Source of the DNA: Anaeramoeba ignava BMAN
Taxonomy: Eukaryota > Protista > Anaeramoebae
Length of the DNA stretch: 64,000 nt
NCBI GenBank assembly: GCA_028826165.1
Contig: JAPDFW010000066.1
Span: 1-64,000 of the forward strand
Direction: 5' to 3'
Shown: in pieces, positions 26,156-45,564 of the stretch
Numbering within the stretch: position 1 is the first letter of the stretch
Layout of the letters: the number at the start of each line of letters is the position of its first letter
Made by a program: the position numbers and the translations under genes
Notes under the pieces: generated by a model
Databases searched by the model: none
What the model saw: only the letters and a program-made list of their open reading frames with translations
Told to the model about the DNA's origin: nothing

Positions 26156-26634
26156 AAAACAAATCAAAATTTCTTTTTCCTTTTTTTTCTTTTTTTTTTC
26201 AAATTTTTTTTTTGAAAGTAATTCTTTGGAAAAAAAATATTCAAATCCAAAATCAATTCCTCTTTTTTTTTTATCCAAGAAGATTAAATCTCCCTCTTTT
26301 TTTTTTTCAAAGAATTTTTTCACAAATTCATTTTCTTTCTTTCTTTCTTTTTTTTCACAAATTCATTTTCTTTCTTTCTTTTTTTCTTTATTCGTTCTAA
26401 TTAATTGAAGAATAAAGAATTTCAAAAAACAAAAACAAAAACAAAATTTTTTATTTTAAATTTGTTTTGGAAAAATAGAAACAAAAAGAAAAAGAAATGA
26501 GAATTTTGTTCATTTCTTGATTTATGATTTAAATTTAATAAAGAAATTAAAATTAAAGTTTAAATTAAAATTGTTTTTTTAGAAAGAAAAAAAAATTCTT
26601 CTCAATTTAATATTACAATCTCCAAGATTTAAGA

Positions 26635-27710
26635 AAAATATTTAAATCTAAAACATTAAATTATTATTTTAAATATAAAATTAAATATTAAATTATATTT
26701 TTAAATTAATTTATAAATTAAATATTAAATTAAATCTATTCTTATTTTTATATTTATATGTTAAATATTTAAATAATAAAATATTTAAATCTAAAACATT
26801 AAATTATTATTTTAAACATGAAATTAAATATTAAATTATATTTTTAAATTAATTTATAAATTAAATATTAAATTAAATCTATTCTCATTTTTTATATTTA
26901 TATGTTAAATAATTTAAATAATAAAATATTTTAAATCTAAAACATTAAATTATTATTTTAAACATAAAATTAAATATTAAATTATATTTTAAATTAATTT
27001 TATAAATTAAATATTAAATTAAATCTATTCTCATTTTTTATGTTAAATATTTATATGTAAAATATTTTTAAAAATTAAAATTATTTCAAACAAAATAAAT
27101 ATTTAAAATAATTTATAAATTAAATATTAAATTATTCCCAGTTTTTAAAATAATTAAAATAAAATATTTAAATCTAAAACATTTAATTATTATTTTAAAT
27201 ATAAAATTAAATATTAAATTATATTTTTAAATTAATTTATAAATTAAATATTAAATTAAATCTATTCTTATTTTTATATTTATATGTTAAATATTTAAAT
27301 AATAAAATATTTAAATCTAAAACATTAAATTATTATTATTTTAAACATAAAATTAAATATTAAATTATATTTTTAAATTAATTTATAAATTAAATATTAA
27401 ATCAAATCTATTCTTATTTTTATATTTATATGTTAAATATTTAAATAATAAAATATTTAAATCTAAAACATTAAATTATTATTTTAAACATAAAATTAAA
27501 TATTAAATTATATTTTTAAATTATTTTATAAATTAAATACTAAATTAAATCTATTCTCATTTTTATATTTATATGTTAAATATTTAAATAATAAAATATT
27601 TAAATCTAAAACATTAAATTATTATTTCAATAATAAAATTAAATATTAAATTATATTTTTAAATTATTTTATAAATTAAATATTAAATTAAATCTATTCT
27701 CATTCTTTAT
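26635..27710. repeat. AT-rich minisatellite, ~145 bp unit, ~7 copies
   Basis: aaatctaaaacattaaattattatt recurs near 26644, 26788, 26933, 27170, 27313, 27459 and 27602. Confidence 0.9.
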
Positions 27711-28118
27711 ATTTTGAAATTATTATCTCTTATATTGTTCACTAAATTTTTTTTTCGTAATTTTAATAATTTTGAATTAAATAATTTAAATAATTTTCAA
27801 ATTTGATTTATGAATAAATAAAATATTTAAATATTTTAATTTAATATTTATCTAAAATTTAATATTTTTTTTGATAAAATGATTTTTATTTCATTTATTA
27901 TTGATTCAATTTTTTTTGAATAATTTTAATAATTTTGAATTAAATAATTTAAAGAATATTGAATTATTTAATAATTTAAAAGAATATTTTTGTTTCTTTT
28001 TTTTTGTTTATTTAAAAATTTAATTTTAAAAAATTTGAAACAAAAAATTTTTGATTTTTTTTTTTTTCATTTTTTTATTTTCCAAAATAAAATTAAATAA
28101 TAAAGAAATAATAAAGAA

Positions 28119-30770
28119 ATGAATAATAAATATGAAATAAAACAAAATGAAGAATCAATATCAATTTATTTTATAAAACCAACAAATATTAAAAATAACG
28201 AAATTGAAATAGAAATAACAAAAAATACAATAAAAGCAAAAATAAAAGAAAATCAATTAATAATTTATGGGAAACTTTATTCAGAAATTGATTTAGAAAA
28301 ATCTGGATGGAAAATTGAAAAAGAAAAATATATTTGGATTTTACTTTCAAAAAAACAAAAAAAATCTTGGCCTTTTGTTATTGAATCTGATTTAAATGGA
28401 GAAATTGATTCTCAATCTTCGTATAAAATTTATTTATAAAATCTATTTATAAAATTAAAATTAAAATTAAAATTAATATTAAAATTAAAATTAAAATTAA
28501 AATTAAAATTAAAATTAAAATTAAAATTCATTTATAAAATTAAAATTAAAATTAAAAATTAAAATTAAAATTAAAATTAAAATTAAAATTAAAATTAAAA
28601 TTAAAAATTAAAATTAAAATTAAAATTAAAAATAAAATTCATTTATAAAATTAAAATTAAAATTAAAATTAAAATTAAAATTAAAATTAAAATTAAAATT
28701 AAAATTAAAATTAAAATTAAAATTAAAATTAAAATTAAAATTAAAATTAAAATTAAAATTAAAATTAAAATTAAAATTAAAATTAAAATTAAAATTAAAA
28801 TTAAAATTAAAATTAAAATTTAAATTAAAATTAAAATTAAAATTAAAATTAAAATTAAAATTAAAATTAAAATTAAAATTAAAATTAAAATTAAAAATTA
28901 AAATTAAAATTAAAATTAAAATTAAAATTAAAATTAAAATTAAAATTAAAAATTAAATTTAAAATTCATTTTTTTTAAAATTAAAAATAAAAATTAAAAT
29001 TAAAATTAAAATTAAAATTAAAATTAAAATTAAAATTAAAATTAAAATTAAAATTAAAATTAAAATTAAAATTAAAATTAAAATTAAAATTAAAATTAAA
29101 ATTAAAATTAAAATTAAAAAAATTAAAATTAAAATTAAAATTAAAATTAAAATTAAAAATTAAAATTAAAATTAAAATTAAAATTAAAATTAAAATTAAA
29201 ATTAAAATTAAAATTAAAATTAAAATTAAAAATTAAAATTAAAATTAAAATTAAATTTAAAAAAAAATAGATATTCTTCAAATTCATTTTGAATCAAGAT
29301 TAATGTTTGATATTGCTTTTGATTATCTTAAAAAGCTGCTGATTTAAAAATTAATATTAAATTAAAATTTAAATTTAAAGTTTATATAAAATTATGATCC
29401 TTCTGGTTATCCTTAAAATCTATAAATTTTAAAATGCTTTTTATTGGTGGAAAAATCTTTTGATTTTAAAAATTAAAAAGCACTTTTATGGTTAATTAAA
29501 CAAAAATAAAAATTAAAATTAAAATTATTTAATTAAAATTAAAATTTAAAATTTTAAAATTAAAATTAAAATTAAAATTAAAATTAAAATTAAAATTAAA
29601 ATTAAAATTAAAATTAAAATTAAAAATTAAAATTAAAATTAAAATTAAAATTAAAATTAAAATTAAAATTAAAAATTAAAATTAAAATTAAAATTAAAAT
29701 TAAAATTAAAAATTAAAAATTAAAATTAAAATTAAAATTAAATATTAAAATTAAAATTAAAAATTAAAATTAAAATTAAAATTCAAAATTAAAATTAAAA
29801 TTCATTTATAAAATTAAAAATTAAAATTAAAATAATAGCAAAAAAAAATTAAAATTGAAAAATTAAAATTAAAGCAGAAAAAATTAAAATTAAAATTATT
29901 TAAAATTAAATTTAAAATATGAAAATTTAAAATGAAAAATTAGAAAAATTTTTATCATGGAGGCTAATGGATAATAATGAAAAATATTTAGAAGCAGAAA
30001 AATATTATTTAAAAATATAAAAAAAATGTTGTTGAATCTCAAAAATTAGAAAATGGATTTTTTAATTTGAAAAAAAATGAAATTGTCGAAAATCAAATTG
30101 AAAAAAATTTAAAATCAAAATAAAATGAAAAAATCAAAATGAAAATCAGAGAATCAAAATCAAAATCAAAATCAAAAAATATCAAAGAAAAATCAAAAAA
30201 TCAAAAAATCAAAAACAAACCGAGAATGAAAATAAAAATGAAAATCAAAATGAAAATCAAAATGAAAATCAAAATCAAAATCAAAATGAAAATGAAAATC
30301 AAAATAAAAATAAAAATCAAAATGAAAATGAAAATCAAAATGAAAATCAAAATGAAAATCAAAATCAAAATCAAAATCAAAATCAAAATCAAAATCAAAA
30401 TCAAAATCAAAATCAAAATCAAAATCAAAATCAAAATCAAAATCAAAATAAAAATAAAAATAAAAATCAAAATAAAAATGAAAATCAAAATCAAAAATGA
30501 AAATGAAAATCAAAAATAAAAATCAAAATCAAAAATCAAAATCAAAATCAAAATAAAAATCAAAATCAAAATAAAAATGAAAATCAAAATAAAAATCAAA
30601 ATCAAAATCAAATTCAAAATAAAAATAAAAATCAAAATAAAAATCTAAATGAAAATCAATATAGAAATAAAAAGAAAAAGAAGAAAAAAGAAAATAAAAA
30701 TAATAAATCAAATTGGATTTTAACAAGTATTATTATTTCAGGAATAATAATAGTTTCAAAATATAAAAAA
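28119..30770 (+). CDS. CS (p23/NudC-like) domain protein with Sel1-like remnants, N/Q/E linker and possible C-terminal TM; 3' part garbled
   Basis: Exon 1 28119-28420 (YEIKQNEESISIYF...GKLYSEIDLEKSGW...ILLSK...WP). Intron 28421-29270. Later fragments FDIAFDYLK-AAD and YLEAEKYY, and near 30710 NWILTSIIISGIIIVSK. Confidence 0.5.
28440..29260. repeat. Intronic (AAAATT)n microsatellite
   Basis: ~800 bp hexamer run between gt (28421) and ag (29270). Confidence 0.9.
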
Positions 30771-30807
30771 TAAAAAATTAATTTTTTTTAAATATTGTTT
30801 TGGTTTT

Positions 30808-35777
<4,970 letters not shown>

Positions 35778-35897
35778 TTATTATTTTTTTTATCATAAAA
35801 TTATTCCCATTTTTTAAAATATTTCCTTTTAAAATATTTCTAAATGTTTTTGATAACATTTTTCTGTTTGAATTCCTTTTTTTTTTTTAAAAATATT

Positions 35898-36060
35898 TTA
35901 AAGTGAATTTTATCCAAAAAAAATAAATAAAATTTAAATCTTATTTAAAAAATATTTATTCGTAATTCTAAAAATTAAATTGAATTATTTTGTAAATTAA
36001 AATTAAAGTGAATTTTATCCAAAAAAATCAAATAAATAAAATTTAAATCTTATTTAAATA
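35898..36060. promoter_or_regulatory. ~55 bp direct repeat in the divergent PFO / CH-RasGAP intergenic region
   Basis: aaagtgaattttatccaaaaaaa..aaataaaatttaaatcttatttaaa at ~35900 and ~36005. Regulatory role is inferred. Confidence 0.35.
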
Positions 36061-36286
36061 ATCTTATTAAATCAATTTCAAAATTCCAAATCACTTTTTT
36101 TTTTTTAAATTAGAATTATAAATTTATTTAATTAATAAATTTTTATTTACTTTTTGTTTTGTTTTTAAAATAAGAAATAAAAATAAAAAGAAAAAATGAT
36201 TTTAAAAAAAAAATTCAAAAATCAAAATTTCATTTTTTTTTCCTTTAAATTTTTTTTTAAAACAAAATAAAATAAAATAAAATAAA

Positions 36287-39200
36287 ATGAATACAAATTT
36301 TTCTATTGAAACAAGAACTTTATTAGTTAGATTAACTTTTCATCCACAAACAAAATTTCTTAAACAATCACAAACAGAACAAATTACAAGAGTTGAACCT
36401 GTTGAAATTTTAAAAAGATGGATTAATTTTCATTTAGGAAATTCTCAAAAAATTAATAATCTCACTTCAGATTTACAAGTAATTTTATTTATTAAAATTA
36501 AATATAGAATTAATTATAAAATTAAATATAAAATTATTTATAAAATTATTTATAAAATTATTTATAAAATTATTTATAAAATTATTTATAAAATTATTTA
36601 TAAAATTATTTATAAAATTATTTATAAAATTATTTATAAAATTAATTATAAAATTATTTATAAAATTATTTATAAAATTATTTATAAAATTATTTATAAA
36701 ATTATTTATAAAATTATTTATAAAATTATTTATAAAATTATTTATAAAATTATTTATAAAATTATTTATAAAATTATTTATAAAATTATTTATAAAATTA
36801 TTTATAAAATTATTTATAAAATTATTTATAAAATTATTTATAAAATTATTTATAAAATTATTTATAAAATTATTTATAAAATTATTTATAAAATTATTTA
36901 TAAAATTATTTATAAAATTATTTATAAAATTATTTATAAAATTATTTATAAAAATTAAATATAAAATTATTTATAAAATTATTTATAAAATTAAATTAAT
37001 TATTAAATTATTTATAAAATTATTTATAAAATTATTTATAAAATTATTTATAAAATTATTTATAAAATTATTTATAAAATTATTTATAAAATTATTTATA
37101 AAATTATTTATAAAATTATTTATAAAATTATTTATAAAATTATTTATAAAATTATTTATAAAATTATTTATAAAATTATTTATAAAATTATTTATAAAAT
37201 TATTTATAAAATTATTTATAAAATTATTTATAAAATTATTTATAAAATTAAATATAAAATTATTTATAAAATTATTTATAAAATTATTTATAAAATTATT
37301 TATAAAATTATTTATAAAATTAAATATAAAATTATTTATAAAATTATTTATAAAATTATTTATAAAATTATTTATAAAATTATTTATAAAATTATTTATA
37401 AAATTATTTATAAAATTATTTATAAAATTATTTATAAAATTATTTATAAAATTATTTATAAAATTATTTATAAAATTATTTATAAAATTATTTATAAAAT
37501 TATTTATAAAATTATTTATAAAATTAATTATAAAATTATTTATAAAATTATTTATAAAATTATTTATAAAATTATTTATAAAATTATTTATAAAATTATT
37601 TATAAAATTATTAAATTATTTATAAAATTATTTATAAAATTATTTATAAAATTAATTATAAAATTATTTATAAAATTAATTATAAAATTATTTATAAAAT
37701 TATTTATAAAATTAAATATAAAATTATTTATAAAATTATTTATAAAATTATTTATAAAATTATTTATAAAATTAATTTATAAAATTATTTATAAAATTAT
37801 TTATAAAATTATTTATAAAATTATTTATAAAATTATTTATAAAATTATTTATAAAATTATTTATAAAATTAAATATAAAATTATTTATAAAATTATTTAT
37901 AAAATTATTTATAAAATTATATTTTAGAATTTTAAAGCTTTATCAGTATTTTTAAAGAAATTAACACAAGTTGATTTTACATTGGTTATTTTTATTTCAG
38001 ATGTAACAAAAAAACAAGAAAAATTTGAAGAATGTATGAGTAAAACAGGTTATAATGATTTTGTTTGTTCTATTCAAGATATAATTGATGTAAAAATTAA
38101 AAATAGATTTGATTAAAATTTAAAAATAAAACTTTTTTTCATTTTAAAAAAAAAAGGCAAATGAAGAAGAAGTTGTTAAATTTCTTGCCAAACTTTATTT
38201 ATGGAATCCAAATCTTGAAGATAATCAATCAAAAGAAGATGAAAATAATGATCAAAAACAAGATAATCAAACAAAAATTGAAACTAAATCAAATATTGAA
38301 TCAGTAAAAAAAATATAAATTTATTAATTAAAAAATTAAAAAATTAAAAAATTAAAAAATTAAAAAATTAATTTAAATTAAAAAAGAAATTACCAAAAGT
38401 ATCAGATTCTGTAAGTGAAATTTTAGCAAGATTTCAAAGAAAAAGTAAATCACCAATATTATCAAAAATGATGAAAAAAGATGAAAAAGAATCAAATCAA
38501 GAAACTCAAAAAGTTGAAGAACCAAAAATACCAGATAAAATTCAAAATTTAATTTCAAAATATCCAAAAGTTGAAGAACCTAAAATAGAAGAACCAAAAA
38601 TACCAGATAAAATTCAAAATTTAATTTCAAAATATCCAAAAGTAGAAGAACCAAAAATTGAAGAACCAAAAATACCAGATAAAATTCAAAATTTAATTTC
38701 AAAATATCCAAAAGTAGAAGAACCAAAAATTGAAGAACCTAAAAATACCAGATAAAATTCAAAATTTAATTTCAAAATATCCAAAAGTAGAAGAACCAAA
38801 AATTGAAGAACCTAAAATACCAGATAAAATTCAACAATTAATTTCAAAATATCCAAAAGTAGAAGAACCTAAAAATTGAAGAACCTAAAATACCAGATAA
38901 AATTCAAAATTTAATTTCAAAAAGTCAAAAAGTAGAAGAACCTAAAATACCAGATAAAATTCAAAATTTAATTTCAAAATATCCAAAAGTAGAAGAACCT
39001 AAAATTGAAGAACCTAAAATACCAGATAAAATTCAAAGTTTAATTTCAAAATATCCAAAAGTTGAAGAACCAAAAATTGAAGTATCTAAAATAGGAGATA
39101 AAATTCAACAATTAATTTCAAAAAAAGAAATTGAAAAAGAAATTAAATTCAAAATTCAAAAATCCAAAAATTGAAATCTAAAAAAAGAATTAATTCCAAA

Positions 39201-42200
39201 AAAAGAAATTCCAAAAAAAGAAATTCAAAAAGAAATTCCAAAAAAAGAAATTCCAAAAAAAGAAATTCAAAAAAATGAAATTCAAAAAAATGAAATTAAA
39301 AAAAAAGAAATTAAAAATGAAATTAAAAATGAAAAATTACCTTCATTCCATAAAATTATGCAAGAGGCAAACAAAAATTCAATCACAACTTCATCAAGAA
39401 ACATAATAAAACAACCAAATATACCAAAAGAAATTCCAGAACAAATCAAAAGTATATTAAGTAAAGAATATCAAACATCATCAAGTATTCTTGATAAAAT
39501 CATCAAAACAAAAAAGAAAATCTCTCAAAAAAACCCAAAATATATCGAAGAAATTTTAAAAAAAACAAATGAATCTTCTGAAGAACTTTTCGCTCCAAAA
39601 AAACCTGATTCATTTAAAGAAGAAAAACAAATTGATATTATTGTCAATCTTGAAGAAAAATTATCTCAAGAAGATAATCAAAAAATTGAAAAACTTTTAA
39701 ATACTGTTGATGGTTATACTAATAATACTCAAAATTTTATAAGTGTTTTAACTAATGTTTTCAAAGAAATTGATGATGCTTTTCCAAAAGTGAATAAACA
39801 AAATTTGCAAATATCACAACATACTCAATCATTAGAAACATTTGGAACTAAAAAAACTGTATAATATATTTTTATATATATATATATTTTTTGGATTGAA
39901 TTTTATTATTAAAAAAATTTTAATTTAAATTTAAATTTAAAGTTTAATCCTAAAAAAAGTCAATATCAATTATTAGCAGCAATTTTCTCAATTTTGGAAT
40001 CAAATTCAGTTCAAGGATTCACAAATCAAATCAAAAATGAAATTACTGATTTAATTTATGAAATGAATATTTCATTTGAAAATTTATATATTAATTGGAT
40101 CAAAGTTGTTTATTTATTAAAGGAAAATAAAATTGTTTCTGGACCTGAAGATAATGTTCTTATTTCTCTCGAAACTTTGTTTAGTTATTATATATACACT
40201 CAAAATTTCAAACAACAATTAACACAAACTTTACTTGAAAAATTTTTATCACAAAATTGTATAAATTTCTTTTTGTTTTTTTTTTAAAAAAATTTTTTAT
40301 ATTTATTTAAATTACTTCTTTTTTTTTAGCTCAATTAATTTCAAAAATTAAGAAAACAGTTTTTAATTTAATTGATTATAATGTTCCTGGAAAAATTCAA
40401 TTTGAAGTTTTTATTCAACCTTTAAAAATTTTAATTAGTGAATTATCAGAAGATTCAGAAAATACAGAAGAGGTTTTATAAAATTTAAATTTAAATTTAA
40501 ATCTAAATTATTTTAATATTTTAATATTTTTTTAGGAAGCAAAAACAATTATTGAAGAAGTTAGAAAAAAATCATTTTCAACAACTTTAAAATCTATTAT
40601 ATTGCATTATATGCCAAAAGAAGTTAAATTTGAAATCAATCAATCACTTACAGCAAAAGATAAAGATTCTGAATTAAAAAGATGGTTTGAAAGAGGAAAA
40701 ATGTATTTGGAACATCTTTTATCAGAAGATGATTTATATTTTTTGACAGCAATTTTTAACAAAACTTTATTTCTTCCATTTATTAAAGAAGCTGCAAATC
40801 CAGTGTTTTATTTGTTTGAAATGTTTGGAGAATCATTGAATTTAATTTTATTCACAATTTCACAAGTTGTTCTCAGCACAGTTTCTGCTGGAACATTGTT
40901 AAAAGAAGATTTTGCTGGAGAATTTACAAAAATTTATACTTTTGAAAATGGAAAAAAATTTCTTCAAGAAATTCTTTCTAAACCTATTATTGAATATTGT
41001 AAATCAAATGATTCTTTAGATTTGGATCCATCAAACGCTAATTTTGAAGGGAATTTGGAAGAAAATACTGAAAAAATGAAACATTATTTACAATCATTTT
41101 CAAAAGCAATTTTATCATCAGCTCAAAAAGTTCCTGAAAATTTTAAAGTTATTTCTTCTTTGATTAAACAAGATTTAATGTCTAGATTTCCTGATAATGT
41201 TATTTCTGTGATTTGCACATTTATTTTATCAAATTTTATTTGTGAAATTCTTAAAAATCCATTTGAATATGAAATTATTAATTGTATTTATTTGAAAAAA
41301 CAATAAGAAAAAAAGAATTTTAATTTTTTAATTCAAAATTTAAAATTTAAAATTTAGTTGAACCAAATCCTAAATCAAAAAGAGGACTTGAAAATTTATC
41401 TTTAGTTTTTGAAACTTTATCTATTGGAGCTGCATTTGGATCAAATAAAAAGAATTTTCAACCACTTAATAGTGTTATGATTCAACAATTTTCAGCAAGA
41501 TCAAATTTTATAAATTCCATTTCAGGATTAGTAAATAATAATAAATTATAAAAATTAAATTTAAATATTTTAAATATTTTAAATATTTATATTTATATTT
41601 TTATTTTTTGATTAGAAATCTTTTGAATATCAAGTAGTTAAAAAAGAAGAAGTTCATGAACAATCAACAAAATTAAAAAAAATAAAACCAAATTCAGCAA
41701 TGGCAACTCTTCAACAAGGAATATTAAAGAAAAAAGCTTTAATGAAATGCTTTTTAGATATTGGAAGTCATATTTTAATTACACAAAATAAATCAATAGA
41801 TTATTCAACAAATATTGGAAATTTTTATATCCAAAAAATTCACAATCAATTTAGATCAATTTATCAAAAAATGAATAAATTAAATGAATTTATTGATGAT
41901 TTAGATATGCTTTTAGATAATTATCAAGATAAAAAAGAAGAAATTCATGAAGAAAAAGAAAATCAAAATCCAAATCAAAATCCAAATCAAATTGAAAATC
42001 AAAATGAAAATCAAAATGAAAAAAATTCTTTATATGATTTTAATAAAATGAATCAAAAACAATTAATAGAAATTTGGAATAATTTATCTGAAGTTGAAAT
42101 ATCAAAAGAAGGAAAACTTCATTTTTCAAATTCAGGTGGAGCTTTTAGTTGGAAAAAAAGATATTTCATTTTGAAATCAAATTTATTAGCAATTTTTCAA

Positions 42201-42413
42201 GATAAATCACATGCAAAAGAATCAAATGCTAAAGAAATTATTGTTCTTCATTCTTCTATTTTGATTGGATATTCTAATTCAATTTCTTATTATAAAAAAA
42301 AAGTTTTCCAAATTACAAGAACTGATCAATCTATTCTTTATTTATGTTCTGATAGTCAAAAAGAAAATGAAGATTGGGTTCATACTCTTAGAAATGCAAG
42401 AAAAAAGAAATGA
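36287..42413 (+). CDS. Multi-exon protein: CH domain, tandem 24-aa repeats, degenerate RasGAP domain, C-terminal PH domain
   Basis: CH: EILKRWINFHL...NLTSDLQ|NFKAL...SIQDIID|ANEEEVVKFLAKLY (exons 36287-36478, 37928-38089, 38157-). KVEEPKIEEPKIPDKIQNLISKYP repeats. RasGAP-like: GKKFLQEILSKPI...LDLDP...KVPENFK...RFPD...FICEILKNP...KRGLENLS. PH: KEGKL...SWKKRYFIL...EDWVHTL. Confidence 0.8.
36510..37920. repeat. Intronic (TTTATAAAATTA)n 12-mer repeat (intron 36479-37927)
   Basis: ~1.4 kb near-perfect 12-mer array; gives the spurious YKII ORF. Confidence 0.95.
38505..39120 (+). repeat. Coding tandem repeat, ~72 nt unit (KVEEPKIEEPKIPDKIQNLISKYP), ~9 copies
   Basis: ccagataaaattcaaaatttaatttcaaaatatccaaaag recurs. 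Confidence 0.85.
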
Positions 42414-42525
42414 GAACAATTTTTAATTTTTATTTTTTTTTTATTTTTAATTAATTAAAAAATTTATTTCAAAAAAAATTTATTTTTCTTTTTCATTTTT
42501 TTTCTTTTAAAAAAAAAATATTAAA

Positions 42526-45500
42526 ATGTTTAAATTAAATTTTAAAAATTCTTTATCTTCTTCTTTTAATTCAATTCCTTTTCAATCTACTAATAATTTT
42601 TTAACTCGAAAATTAACTACAATTTTTAAAGAAGAAAAAAAAGAAAATTTTGAAATTGGAAGATTTAATCACATTGCAATAGCAGTTCCAGATTTAAAAA
42701 AAGCAGGAGAAATGTATAAAAATACATTTGGAGCAGAAATATCAGAAATTATGGTAAATTATTTTCAATTTACAAAATATTTAAATAAGTATAAATATAA
42801 ATATAAATCTAAATATAAACTAAATATAAATATAAATATTTAAATAAATATAAATATAAATATAAATATAAATATAAATATAAATATAAATCTAAATATA
42901 AATATAAATATAAATATAAATATAAATATAAATATAAATATAAATATAAATATAAATATAAATATAAATATAAATATAAATATAAATATAAATATAAATA
43001 TAAATATAAATATAAATATAAATATAAATATAAATATAAAAATTGAAATATAAATAAAAAATAAATATAAACAAATAAAATATAAATATAAATATAAATA
43101 TATAATTATAAATATAAATATAAACATAAATATAAATATAAATATAAAAAAATAAAATAAATATAAATATAAATATAAATATAAATATAAATAAAATAAA
43201 TAAAATAAATATAAAAAAAATATAAATAAAATAAAATATAAACATAAATATAAAATAAATATAATATAAAAAATATAAATATAAATATAAATATAAATAA
43301 AATATAAACATAAATATAAATATAAATATAAATATAAATATAAATATAAATATAAATATAAATATAAATATAAATTATAAATATAAATATAAAATATAAA
43401 TATAAATATAAATCTAAATATAAAATAAATATAAATATAAATATAAAATATAAAATAAATATAAATATAAAATAAATAAATATAAAAAAATAAAATATAA
43501 AATAAATATAAATATAAAATAAAAATATAAATATAAAAATAAATATAAAATATAAATATAAATATAAACATAAATAAAAAAAAAATAAAAACATAAATAT
43601 AAATATAAATATAAATATAAATATAAAATAAACATAAATATAAATAAATATAAATATAAATATAAATAAAATATAAATATAAAATAAATATAAATATAAA
43701 TATAAATATAAATAAATATAAATTTTATGACATAAATATTTTAAATATAAATATAAATATAAATATAAATATAAAAATAAATATAAAAAAAATATAAATA
43801 TAAACATAAATATAAATATAAATATAAATATAAATATAAATATAAATATAAAAATATATAAATATAAATATAAACATATAAACATAAATATAAAATATAA
43901 AAACATAAATATAAAATATAAAATATAAATATAAATATAAACATAAACATAAAATATAAATAAAAATAAAAATAAAAATATAAAAATAAATATAAATATG
44001 AAATATAAATAAAAATATAAATATAAATATAAATATACATAAATATAAATATAAATATAAATATAAATATAAATATAAATATAATTAAATATAAATATAA
44101 ATATAAATATAAATATAAAATAAATATAAACATAAACATAAAATATAAAATATAAATATAAATATAAAAAAATAAAATATAAAAAATAAATATAAAAATA
44201 AATATAAAATATAAATATAAATATAAATATAAACATAAACATAAATAAAATATAAAATAAAATAAATATAAAATATAAATATAAATATAAATAAAAATAA
44301 AATATAAATATTAAACATAAATATAAATATAAATATAAAAATAAATATAAAATAAACATAAAAATATAAATATAAATATAAATATAAATATATAAATATA
44401 AATATAAATATAAAATATAAATATAAATATAAAATATAAATATAAACATAAAAATAAAATATAAATATAAATTAAATATAAATATAAATATAAACATAAA
44501 TATAAAAATATAAAATAAACATAAAAACAAAAAAAATATAAATATAAATATAAATAAATATAAATATAAATATAAATATAAATATAAAACATAAATATAA
44601 ATATAAAATATAAATATAAATATAAATATAAATATAAATATAAATATAAAAATATAAACATAAAATATGTTTATAAAATATAAATATAAATATAAATATA
44701 AATATAAATATAAATAAAATAAATATAAATATAAATATAAAATATAAAATATAAATATTTAAAATAAAATATAAATATTTAAATATAAATATAAATATAA
44801 ATATAAATATAAAATCTAAATATAAATATAAATATAAATATAAATATAAATATAAATCTAAATATAAATATAAATATAAAACAAATATAAATATAAATAT
44901 AAATATAAAATAAATATAAATATAAATATAAATATAAATATAAATATAAATATAAATATAAATATAAATATAAATATAAATATAAATATAAATATAAATA
45001 TAAATATAAATATAAATATAAATATAAATATAAATATAAATATAAATATAAATATAAATATAAATATAAATTAAATATAAATATAAATATAAATATAATT
45101 ATAAATATAAATATAAATATAAATATAAATATAAATATAAATATAAATATAAATATAAATATAAATATAAATATAAATATAAATAATATATATATAAATA
45201 TAAATATAAATAATATATATATAAATATAAATATATCAATAATTTTGAAAATAAATAGCATCTTCCAGAACATGGAGTTTCAACAATATTTGTAAAACTT
45301 GCTAATACAAAAATTGAATTATTACATCCTTTAGGTGAAAAATCACCTATTAAAGGTTTTTTGGAAAAAAATCCAATGGGAGGAATTCATCATATGTGTT
45401 TAGAAGTTGAAAATATTCAAAAAGCAATTAAACAAATGGAAAAATCTAATATTAAAACTATTGGAAAAGAACCTAAAATTGGTGCTCATAATAAACCTGT

Positions 45501-45564
45501 TATATTTTTACATCCTAAATCTGTTGGTGGTGTTTTAATTGAACTTGAACAAAATTCAAATTAA
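42526..45564 (+). CDS. MCEE: Methylmalonyl-CoA epimerase with N-terminal organelle presequence; exons 42526-42753 and 45259-45564, 177 aa
   Basis: [13 protein letters not shown]...|[12 protein letters not shown]...[31 protein letters not shown]...[26 protein letters not shown]. The N-terminus is S/N/F/K-rich with no acidic residues. Confidence 0.95.
42790..45235. repeat. Intronic (ATAAAT)n microsatellite, ~2.4 kb (intron 42754-45258)
   Basis: Hexamer array with variants; source of the spurious FI/YI/YL ORFs. Confidence 0.95.

Noticed and set aside
30139-30726. KI/FD/IL dipeptide ORFs
   Set aside because: Alternative frames of an (AAAATC/AAAATG)n low-complexity tract.
36479-36958. (YKII)n extension of ORF 36287
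   Set aside because: Read-through into the 12-mer intron; the GT donor is at 36479.
42840-45273. Long - strand ORFs of FI/YL/YI dipeptides (up to 474 aa)
   Set aside because: Translations of the (ATAAAT)n intron of MCEE.
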